Below, piece after piece: positions 36,699 to 44,222 of a DNA stretch of 64,000 nt. Position numbers and translations under genes: made by a program. Every line of letters begins with the position of its first letter. Position 1 is the stretch's first letter. Under the pieces are notes generated by a model, which was not told the DNA's origin, did no database searches, and worked only from the letters and a program-made list of their open reading frames with translations. The DNA is from Candidatus Pacearchaeota archaeon (GTDB taxonomy: Archaea > Nanobdellota > Nanobdellia > Pacearchaeales > GW2011-AR1): contig JBAZJQ010000001.1 of the NCBI GenBank assembly GCA_041651235.1, positions 302,449 through 366,448 on the forward strand, given 5' to 3'.

Positions 36699-37250
36699 AT
36701 GGAAAACAATAAAATAAGAGCGTTTATTTCAATTGATTTGTCAAGAGAGGCAATAAATTATATTAAAGAAATTCAGAAGTTAATAAAAAAACAAAATTTA
36801 TTGAATGGAAAGTTTACTGACCCCGAAAATCTTCATTTGACTTTGAAGTTTTTAGGAGGAATTAATGAAGAGAAAATAGAAGCGGTTAAGAAAAAACTTA
36901 AAGAAATAAAAATAAAAAGTTTTGAAGCGGAACTTGGAGAAGCAGGGATTTTTAATGAGCATTTTTTAAAAATAATTTGGATTAAATTAAATGGAAAAGG
37001 AATTTTTGAATTGCAAAAACAAATTGATGAAAAGCTTTCTGATTTGTTTGAAAAAGAAAATAGATTTATGAGTCACATTACTATTGCTAGAATCAAGAAT
37101 GTTGGAAATAAAAAAGGATTATTAGGTTATATTGAGAATATGAAAACAGAGAAAATTACGTTTAAAGTTAAAGATTTTGTTATTAAAAAATCTGAATTAA
37201 AACCAGAAGGGCCGGTTTATACGGATATAAAAAGGTATGAACTAGAGTAA
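36699..37250 (+). CDS. 2'-5' RNA ligase / cyclic phosphodiesterase (LigT/ThpR, 2H family)
   Basis: Two HxTx motifs: HLTLKFLG and HITIAR. Confidence 0.88.
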   Translation: MENNKIRAFISIDLSREAINYIKEIQKLIKKQNLLNGKFTDPENLHLTLKFLGGINEEKIEAVKKKLKEIKIKSFEAELGEAGIFNEHFLKIIWIKLNGKGIFELQKQIDEKLSDLFEKENRFMSHITIARIKNVGNKKGLLGYIENMKTEKITFKVKDFVIKKSELKPEGPVYTDIKRYELE

Positions 37251-37360
37251 GAAAAAATATAACTTAGAAAGATAATCTGAATTTAAATAATTGTTGGTTT
37301 GCATTATCTGTTTTACAATACAATTTTGTTTATAAATTATAAAAAATATATTATATTTTA

Positions 37361-37636
37361 ATGGAACCAAATACCATTAAAAATCCTTTAGAAGAAATTG
37401 CAGAAGAATCTGTAAAAAATCTTAGAGATGGAAATTGGCTTCCAAAAAGAATAGTGATTTATCATTCTAATGCAGATAATTTAAGGATTCTTCTTTTTGC
37501 TTTAAAAAATCAAGATTATATTAAAAGGAATAATATTCCCGTATTTGTTGAAAATGATTTTTACAAACAGTTAGAGGGAGAATATAGTTGTGATGTAGAT
37601 GGATTATTAAGGCTTAACCATAGAGTAGCTTCTTAA
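37361..37636 (+). CDS. hypothetical protein
   Basis: 91-aa ORF in its own slot; its 3' end overlaps the convergent nuclease gene. No motif recognised. Confidence 0.45.
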   Translation: MEPNTIKNPLEEIAEESVKNLRDGNWLPKRIVIYHSNADNLRILLFALKNQDYIKRNNIPVFVENDFYKQLEGEYSCDVDGLLRLNHRVAS

Positions 37637-38288
37637 AATATTTACTTTTAGATTTTAGTATTTTGCTTAATTGTTCTTCAGATGAATTGAAAATAGAATT
37701 TAGATTTTTAAATTCTTTTAAAAGATTTTTTGCTGTTATTGGGCCTATATTTGGAAATGATTCTAAAATATATTGTTTTTGTTCTTTTATTGTTTTAGGA
37801 ATTCTTGAATGCAATGAAGATTCTATTGGTTTTTTTAGTTGTTGTTTTGCAAGAGTTATAAGATAATTTGCAGTATCTTCATAATTTTGAGTAAATATTA
37901 TAGGAGTTTCATAATTTGTGATTATAGATAAAATCATTCCTCTTATTGCATTGGGGTTTAGTTTCGTATCTTTTCTATATAATTCTTGTTCATCTACTCC
38001 TTCAATAATTAATAATTTTTGTTTATATTTTTGCAAGTTCCTTAGTTGTTCTACTAATCTTTTATTTAACATTGAGGAAATGAAGTCACTTACTGTTTTT
38101 CTCTCAATTGCTGTTTTCCCTATAAGGTAATCTGCAATTTCAAGATTTTTTATTTCTAATTCTATTTCTTGATTTGACTGTAATTCGGCTAGAATTAATG
38201 AATTTTTTTCATGTATATCTGCAATTATTTTTGGTTTTATTTTCTGCTTTTTTGTTTTCTTAGTTTTTGAAAAAATATTTTCGAACAT
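37614..38288 (-). CDS. ERCC4/XPF-type nuclease with C-terminal (HhH)2 (Hef nuclease half)
   Basis: ADIHEKNS, GKTAIERKTVSDFISS (ERK motif), LESFPNIGPITAKNLLKEF HhH. Confidence 0.85.
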   Translation of the reverse strand: MFENIFSKTKKTKKQKIKPKIIADIHEKNSLILAELQSNQEIELEIKNLEIADYLIGKTAIERKTVSDFISSMLNKRLVEQLRNLQKYKQKLLIIEGVDEQELYRKDTKLNPNAIRGMILSIITNYETPIIFTQNYEDTANYLITLAKQQLKKPIESSLHSRIPKTIKEQKQYILESFPNIGPITAKNLLKEFKNLNSIFNSSEEQLSKILKSKSKYFKKLLYG

Positions 38289-38289
38289 T

Positions 38290-39873
38290 TTAAAACAACT
38301 TTTTTTGTTTTGTTTTTTTATCCGGAGCTATTGAAACTCCATTATCTAAATCCTCTTTGATATCCTGTATTGCTTTATGCATTCTTTTTTCTTTTGCTCT
38401 TGAAGCATAATAGAATATTTCATCTAAGGTTTCTTTAGTTAATAAAATAATTAATCTTCCTTTCATTAATCTTGCGGTTCTTCCTCTTCTCTGGATTGAG
38501 CGGATTGCACTTGGGATGGGTTCATAAAAAATTACTGAATTAACCTCTGGAATATCTAGTCCTTCTTCTGCAATTGAAGTTGCGCAAATGATATTTATTT
38601 TTCCTTGCCTGAATTCGTCCATAATTTCCTGCTGTTCTTTTTGATTTAATCCACTTATTTCTCCTTTTTCATTAGTTTTTTTAGATTGTCCAACAAAAAC
38701 CCGCGCATTAATCCCTAGAATTTGATTTAATTCTTTAGATATTTTTGTTACAGTATCTCTATATTGGGAAAATACAATTGTTTTATTTTTCGGATTTTCT
38801 TTTATTGAATCTTCGATAATAGATATTAATTCTAATAATTTTGGATGTTCTATTTTTTTTGAAACTAATTCGGTTAATTTGATATAAGCTCTGTTAAATT
38901 CTGGATTTTTGATTATTTGTTGAACTGCCTTTGATTTATTTGCCTTGGCTTGTTCAAACATGGTTTGAACATAATTAAATGCAGTGTAAACGGTTTGGGT
39001 CTCTAGTAATTCAATTAAATGAGATAGTTTTAATGCTTGAGCACAAGCAGAAGCACCTGAAAAATAATTGAAGTTTTTATTTCCTGAAGAAATAGCCCTC
39101 ATTATATTTCCTTGTAGTTCTAATAATGTTATTTTATTTGCTGGTTTGAATAATAATTTTCTATTTTTTAGTTCTTCTACTTTCTTTTGGTATAATACTT
39201 TTATTATTTTAGTTATTTCTTTGAATTCTTCTGGAAATTCCAGTTTTATCACATCAAATTCAAGTTCTTGAAGATATTCTTTAACATCTTCACTTTCTCT
39301 TGTTCTTAATTCAATTGTTTCTATTCCTAAATTTTCAGCTATTTTTTTAATTGTTTCTTTATCAGAACCCGGACTAGCAGTTAATCCTAAAATTTGAGGA
39401 TTTTTAGCTTGTTCTTTGTAAGTTTGAGCAACATAAGTATAAGAATAATTTTTCAAACATCTGTGACATTCATCTTCGATGAGGAGAGAAACCCCCGAAA
39501 GATCATATAGGTTATTCTTTAAATCATTTCCAATACATTGGGGAGTTGAAAAAATAATGTCTGAAGATTCCCATAACTTCTTTCTTTGGGAGGCATTTAT
39601 TTTTCCAGTGAATAATGTTAGTTCGGCAAATAATTCTGGAAGATTTTTTTTAAAATATTCTAAATGCTGTTCTGCTAAAGGGCGGGTTGGGGCAAGAAAT
39701 AATGTTTTTGAAGCAGGATGTTTTTTTTGAGTATAAATAGAAAGCATTAATGCAATTAGTGTTTTTCCAATCCCCGTTGGAAGTATAACTAAGCAGTTTT
39801 TATCCCTGCAGTTTTCATAAATATCCTGCTGGTATTTTCTAGGCTTAATATTTTTAAGAACTTTATCTGGCAT
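38290..39873 (-). CDS. hef: Hef-type SF2 helicase (Hef helicase half)
   Basis: Motif I LPTGIGKT, motif II EDECHR, motif VI QRRGRTAR. Its stop lies 1 nt before the nuclease ATG. Confidence 0.88.
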   Translation of the reverse strand: MPDKVLKNIKPRKYQQDIYENCRDKNCLVILPTGIGKTLIALMLSIYTQKKHPASKTLFLAPTRPLAEQHLEYFKKNLPELFAELTLFTGKINASQRKKLWESSDIIFSTPQCIGNDLKNNLYDLSGVSLLIEDECHRCLKNYSYTYVAQTYKEQAKNPQILGLTASPGSDKETIKKIAENLGIETIELRTRESEDVKEYLQELEFDVIKLEFPEEFKEITKIIKVLYQKKVEELKNRKLLFKPANKITLLELQGNIMRAISSGNKNFNYFSGASACAQALKLSHLIELLETQTVYTAFNYVQTMFEQAKANKSKAVQQIIKNPEFNRAYIKLTELVSKKIEHPKLLELISIIEDSIKENPKNKTIVFSQYRDTVTKISKELNQILGINARVFVGQSKKTNEKGEISGLNQKEQQEIMDEFRQGKINIICATSIAEEGLDIPEVNSVIFYEPIPSAIRSIQRRGRTARLMKGRLIILLTKETLDEIFYYASRAKEKRMHKAIQDIKEDLDNGVSIAPDKKTKQKKLF

Positions 39874-40030
39874 TTTTTAGGTAATAAAGAGGAGTATATA
39901 TTTTTTGTGTTAGTATATTGATAATCTATTAAGCTAAGACAACCTAACGGTTTTCTTATGCATCAACTTTCCCTTGATTTTGCAGATGAGAAGATTTAGA
40001 ACTTTATGACGATTTGATTATTAATAGAAT

Positions 40031-40672
40031 TTATAATAGGATTATAATTAAAGAAATTAAATAGGCTATTGCTAACAAACACCAATTAAAAAAACTTCCG
40101 AAAAATAATTTTATTCCATCTAATTTCCCGAGAGGCAATAAGTTCCAGATTCCATAATAAATTGAATATTTTGTTAGTTCAGGAAAATTAATTAATGAGC
40201 CAATGATTGCTAAGAGAATTAATGCCCAGAAACCCCATGCAGAAATAAATGCTAAGTCTGATTCATTTATTTCTTTTTTTCGGATCATTCCTCTTGTTTT
40301 TAATACTCTTAGTTTAGAGGGCTTTGATTTAAATTGAAAAAAGGTAAATGGTTTAATTGCACCTAAAGAAAAAATACCAAGGAAAAAAGGAAGAATTAAT
40401 CCTATTGGAAGTGGTTTTTTAAATTCGCTTCTTTGATACCACCCCCATCTTTGAAAATCTAAAATTTCGTGTTGAATATCCACATAATAATGTTTTGATG
40501 CAAATTTTTTAACTAAAATGCTTGTGAGAATTATGATAAATGGAGCAATTATTGTGTTAAGATTATACTCTAATTCAAGGGGAAATTTTAATGCAATCAG
40601 GAACATAAATACCAGCGAAAATACTATTATTAATACTGCCTCTTTTTTTGTCAACATACTTTTAATAGACAT
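40031..40672 (-). CDS. polytopic membrane protein (hypothetical)
   Basis: 213 aa with about 6 TMs; no catalytic motif recognised. Confidence 0.55.
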   Translation of the reverse strand: MSIKSMLTKKEAVLIIVFSLVFMFLIALKFPLELEYNLNTIIAPFIIILTSILVKKFASKHYYVDIQHEILDFQRWGWYQRSEFKKPLPIGLILPFFLGIFSLGAIKPFTFFQFKSKPSKLRVLKTRGMIRKKEINESDLAFISAWGFWALILLAIIGSLINFPELTKYSIYYGIWNLLPLGKLDGIKLFFGSFFNWCLLAIAYLISLIIILL

Positions 40673-40703
40673 AATAATTATATAAATTTATCTTATTCCC
40701 CTT

Positions 40704-40787
40704 AAAATCGATTTATAATATAATAGATTTCAGGAGAAGCTTAGTAAAATCTATTTATAATATAATAGATTTCAGGACACAGAAAAG
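40704..40787 (+). repeat. tandem duplication, 2 x 42 bp, carrying a TATA-like box
   Basis: AAAATC[G/T]ATTTATAATATAATAGATTTCAGGA at 40704-40735 and 40746-40777 (1 mismatch in 32). Lies about 100-180 bp upstream of the PRC-barrel gene. Confidence 0.8.
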
Positions 40788-40888
40788 TATTTAAATAAAC
40801 TCGGCTATTTTTGATTAAGATTAATGAGGTTAATAAAAAATGAAGGTGCAGAAATTATAAATTTCTGGATTTTCAATTTCAAAGAAAT

Positions 40889-41194
40889 ATGAAAGTAAAA
40901 AAAATTACAGAGGTTATAGGGAAAAAGGTATTTACAGATACTGGTGACTACTTTGGGGAAGTTGAAGAGTCTAACTTAGTTGAAAATAAGGTTGATGGAT
41001 GGAGAATTAGAATTGCAAGTTCAATGGGCAATTTTTTAGGGGGTGCTAAAGGGGTGATAATTCCACATCAGTTTGTGAAGGCTGTTGGAGATATTGTAAT
41101 TGTAAGCAGAGCTAATCTGCCTTTAGATGAAGGTGAGGAAACAGTTGAGCAAACAGTTGATTTATCTAGTGGAAGCAGTTCCCTTGAGATGTAA
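40889..41194 (+). CDS. PRC-barrel domain protein
   Basis: VIGKKVFTDTGDYFGEVEESNLVENKVDGWRI...VIIPHQFVKAVGDIVIV pattern. Stop overlaps the next start (TAATG). Confidence 0.7.
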   Translation: MKVKKITEVIGKKVFTDTGDYFGEVEESNLVENKVDGWRIRIASSMGNFLGGAKGVIIPHQFVKAVGDIVIVSRANLPLDEGEETVEQTVDLSSGSSSLEM

Positions 41195-41709
41195 TGGTCG
41201 AGTCTATTTTTCAGTCAATTATTTTTATGGATTACATTTTGCCATTTGTATTAATATTTACTCTTGTTTTTGCTATTTTGCAAAAAACAAAATTATTGGG
41301 AGATAGTGTAAAACAAATTAATGCATTAGTGGGATTAGTTGCAGGATTGATTTTGATTGCCTTCCCTTTTTCAAGAGATATAGTTTTAATATTAATGCCT
41401 TTTTTAGCTGTTTCAGCTACTATCTTATTAGTTTTTATGTTATTATATGCTTTTGTGTGGGGACATTCAGGAGATGCAATTGGTCATAAATGGGTGAAAA
41501 TCGTTATAGGGATTCTTTTAGCAATTGGATTAATTAGTGTGGTTTTATATGCTGCAGGATTATGGGAACCTATTTATGATTTCTTGTTTAATAGAGGGGA
41601 TTCAGGACAACTTTGGGTTAATATTATTTTAATTGTTATTATGGCTGGTGCAGTTATCGCAGTTATTCTTCCTAAAGACAAGGGAGAAGATAAATCCAAA
41701 AAAGAATAG
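41194..41709 (+). CDS. 4-TM membrane protein, paralog 1 of 3
   Basis: Shares a block with the next two genes (hydrophobic helix, then K..LG(D/N)..(K)(G/Q)(V/I)NA(L/I)V.L.(V/A)GL). Confidence 0.65.
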   Translation: MVESIFQSIIFMDYILPFVLIFTLVFAILQKTKLLGDSVKQINALVGLVAGLILIAFPFSRDIVLILMPFLAVSATILLVFMLLYAFVWGHSGDAIGHKWVKIVIGILLAIGLISVVLYAAGLWEPIYDFLFNRGDSGQLWVNIILIVIMAGAVIAVILPKDKGEDKSKKE

Positions 41710-41727
41710 GAAGATATATAAATAAAT

Positions 41728-41764
41728 CAAACTTTCTTTAACAAAGATAAGTTTGAATAAAGAA
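41728..41764 (+). repeat. hairpin element copy B (core only)
   Basis: CAAACTTTCTTTAACAAAGATAAGTTTGAATAAAGAA. Same stem as the other copies with a different loop; about 34 nt upstream of the 41798 start. Confidence 0.7.
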
Positions 41765-41797
41765 AATTAAATAACTAAAAAAGATAAAATAAAAAAG

Positions 41798-42295
41798 ATG
41801 GCTTACAATTTGGGTGCTTGGAATGTAACAGATATTTTGAATACTTGGGCAGAGGCAGGAGTATTCGCTTATATTATTCCAGGATTAATGATCTTTGCAT
41901 TAGTTTATGGAATTCTAATGAATGCAAAAATTCTTGGAAATAATAAAGGAGTTAATGCGATTGTTGCTCTTTCAGTGGGATTATTATCTTTGCAATTTGA
42001 TTGGGTAGCTAATTTTTTTGCAACTATCTTTCCTTATGCTGGGATGGGAATTGCTGTTTTATTAGTTGCTATGATTTTAATGGGGTTTATTGTTGAAGAC
42101 GAAAAGAAAGCTAAATGGATATTTTTTGGAATAGGAGCTTTAATATTTTTAGTTGTGATTATTTATAGTTTAAGTGATTTTGCTTGGTTTGGGGGTTATT
42201 CAGGGGTGGATTGGGCTCCCTGGATTGTTTTAATATTATTGGTTGCTGCAGGGGTTGTTGCAGTTGTATTGGGTGGAGATAGTAAATCTAAATAG
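41798..42295 (+). CDS. 4-TM membrane protein, paralog 2 of 3
   Basis: ALVYGILMNAKILGNNKGVNAIVALSVGLLSL block. Confidence 0.65.
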   Translation: MAYNLGAWNVTDILNTWAEAGVFAYIIPGLMIFALVYGILMNAKILGNNKGVNAIVALSVGLLSLQFDWVANFFATIFPYAGMGIAVLLVAMILMGFIVEDEKKAKWIFFGIGALIFLVVIIYSLSDFAWFGGYSGVDWAPWIVLILLVAAGVVAVVLGGDSKSK

Positions 42296-42509
42296 TTTTT
42301 TTAATAAGCATTAACAATTTATTGGTAATGTGTAATTTTTAAATGATTTCCAGATGAAATAGTTAAAATGGTTAGGATATTTATCTTTAGAAAAAAATGA
42401 CTTCTTGTTTGTTTTTAAGAAGATAGGAATATCATATAACTTTAAAAATTAAAATTATATAAGTTTCTTAAATCAGAAGATTTATAAATTATAATCCTAT
42501 TTTGATTAT

Positions 42510-43016
42510 ATGGCAATTGATGTATCTGGATTAGAATTTTTTATGCCGATATTTAGCTTCTTATTTGTATTTATAATTATTTATGCATTGCTTGCAAGTT
42601 TTAAAGTAATTGGAGATAATAAAGGAGTTAATATCATGATTAGCCTCATTGTAGCGGTTATTTTTATTAGTTTCTCATCTTTAAGATTATATGTTGAAAC
42701 TATTTTACCTTGGTTTGTTGTTTTGTTAGTAATTGTATTTTTAGTTTTGTTTTTAGGAATGTTTGCTAGTAAAGATTGGGCACCTAAAGCAGGATTAGCC
42801 TGGACATTTATTGTGATTTTAGGCATAATTTTTGTTATCGCTGCAATTTATGTTTTTAATCCTGTTTTGCACCCAGATTTAGTTGTTGCAGAAGGAGGAA
42901 ATGGAGAGAGTTTGGGACAACAGGTAATTGACTTTTTTACTTCATCTAAAGTTGCAGGAAGTGTTTTATTAATAATAATTGCTGCAATTGTTACATGGGT
43001 ATTGACTAAGAAGTAA
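42510..43016 (+). CDS. 4-TM membrane protein, paralog 3 of 3
   Basis: IIYALLASFKVIGDNKGVNIMISLIVAVIFI block. Confidence 0.65.
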   Translation: MAIDVSGLEFFMPIFSFLFVFIIIYALLASFKVIGDNKGVNIMISLIVAVIFISFSSLRLYVETILPWFVVLLVIVFLVLFLGMFASKDWAPKAGLAWTFIVILGIIFVIAAIYVFNPVLHPDLVVAEGGNGESLGQQVIDFFTSSKVAGSVLLIIIAAIVTWVLTKK

Positions 43017-43018
43017 TT

Positions 43019-43693
43019 TTATCTTTTTTTAGATTTATGATCTTCTTTTCCAGTTACTTTTTGAAATTCTCTTATTGTATCGGTTAGTGGATTCAAAATT
43101 TTAGAAAAAGAATCCTGAGTTGATTGCATTTCTTTAGAAATATTCTCAATGTTTTCTCCATATTCTCCAACTTTTCTAATAATTGAAATTTGAAGTTCAG
43201 CTAATGTATTTTCTATTTTTTCAAGTCTAGAATTTATTTTATCAATTTCTAACACCACACTATCTTTGAATTTGTTAAATGTAGCTGTTTGTTTTAAGAT
43301 GTTTTGTGTTTTTTCATCAACTATTTGCTGAGCAATTTCATTTATTGTTTCTACATCGCCTCCATAAGAATATTGTTGGTATTCTTGCCCATATCCTTGT
43401 GCTTCTGAATATTGTTCTGCATAAGGAGCAGTTGCGGGCTGGTATTGACTCGGGATTTGATTAGTATCTTGATAATCTTGTTGCATCGACATACTTGGCT
43501 GCATTTGCTGATTCATAGCCTGAGATTCTTGATTTTGAAAGTTTTCTGTTCCAACCATAGATTTAATCTGAGATTGAGATAACGCTTCATTAATTTCTCT
43601 AGGAGAAATACCTTCTCTTTGTAAATTATTAATTATCTGGCTTTCTGTCTGGCCTTGTTGTTTCATTTGCATAACTCTTTCTAATACTGCCAT
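43019..43693 (-). CDS. coiled-coil protein with Q-rich low-complexity centre
   Basis: N-terminal small helical domain (QQGQTESQIINNLQREGISPREINEALSQ), Q/Y/E-rich middle, C-terminal heptads. Confidence 0.6.
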   Translation of the reverse strand: MAVLERVMQMKQQGQTESQIINNLQREGISPREINEALSQSQIKSMVGTENFQNQESQAMNQQMQPSMSMQQDYQDTNQIPSQYQPATAPYAEQYSEAQGYGQEYQQYSYGGDVETINEIAQQIVDEKTQNILKQTATFNKFKDSVVLEIDKINSRLEKIENTLAELQISIIRKVGEYGENIENISKEMQSTQDSFSKILNPLTDTIREFQKVTGKEDHKSKKR

Positions 43694-43709
43694 CTTTTTT
43701 ATTTTAAAA

Positions 43710-44087
43710 TTAAGATTTTTCTCTTTTTATAGTTTTGTTTAATTCTTCTTGAATAATTTCTTTAATATCTGCTATCCTTGCAAATTCAAGTGGTTGGAAC
43801 ATTTTTAGCTGTCTATCTAAAATCTCAACTTCTGATTTTCTAGCTGAATTATTCAGTTCACTAATTACTCTTGCTAAAAGTCTTTTGATTGTTGCAAGAT
43901 CTGATGTTGTCTGCTGAAGCTGTTTTTTAGTTTCAGATTCTAATTTAATTAAATCTTCTTTAGTTGAAATTAAATTTTCTCCAATAAGTAAAATTCTATC
44001 TTTTAGAAGTCTTTGTTTTTCCTCTAATTCATTTAATCTTGTCCCTAAATCATTAAAATCTGCATAAGGGTTTTGTTCATCCACCAT
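43710..44087 (-). CDS. coiled-coil protein
   Basis: 125 aa, almost entirely heptad-like (LNELEEKQRLLKDRILLIGENL...). Confidence 0.55.
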   Translation of the reverse strand: MVDEQNPYADFNDLGTRLNELEEKQRLLKDRILLIGENLISTKEDLIKLESETKKQLQQTTSDLATIKRLLARVISELNNSARKSEVEILDRQLKMFQPLEFARIADIKEIIQEELNKTIKREKS

Positions 44088-44222
44088 TTTACTTATTATT
44101 AAGGATTAATGGGTTTAAAATTGTTTTTGTTTGAGGATACACAAATCTTTATAACATTAAAATATTTATTTTAAATGAGGTAAAAAGAGAATGTTATTCA
44201 AAATAAATGGGGGAAATAACTG

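Noticed and set aside
36627-40000. Intergenic motif TTTGCAGATGAG[T/A]AGAT at about 36635 and about 39979, with looser relatives at about 32313 and about 57314, each opening a tiny ORF (MSR*, MRRFRTL*, MRRLRDLGYFALN*, MKRLKIIKYN*)
   Set aside because: A 16-mer with one mismatch is within chance expectation for this window size and composition. The contexts (strand, distance to genes) are inconsistent.
42383-42411. Possible fifth, degenerate copy of the hairpin element upstream of the third 4-TM paralog (ATCTTTAGAAAAAAATGACTTCTTGTTTG)
   Set aside because: Only CTTTAGAAAA is shared with the consensus. The stem arms AAACTT/AAGTTT are not both present, so it is too weak to call.
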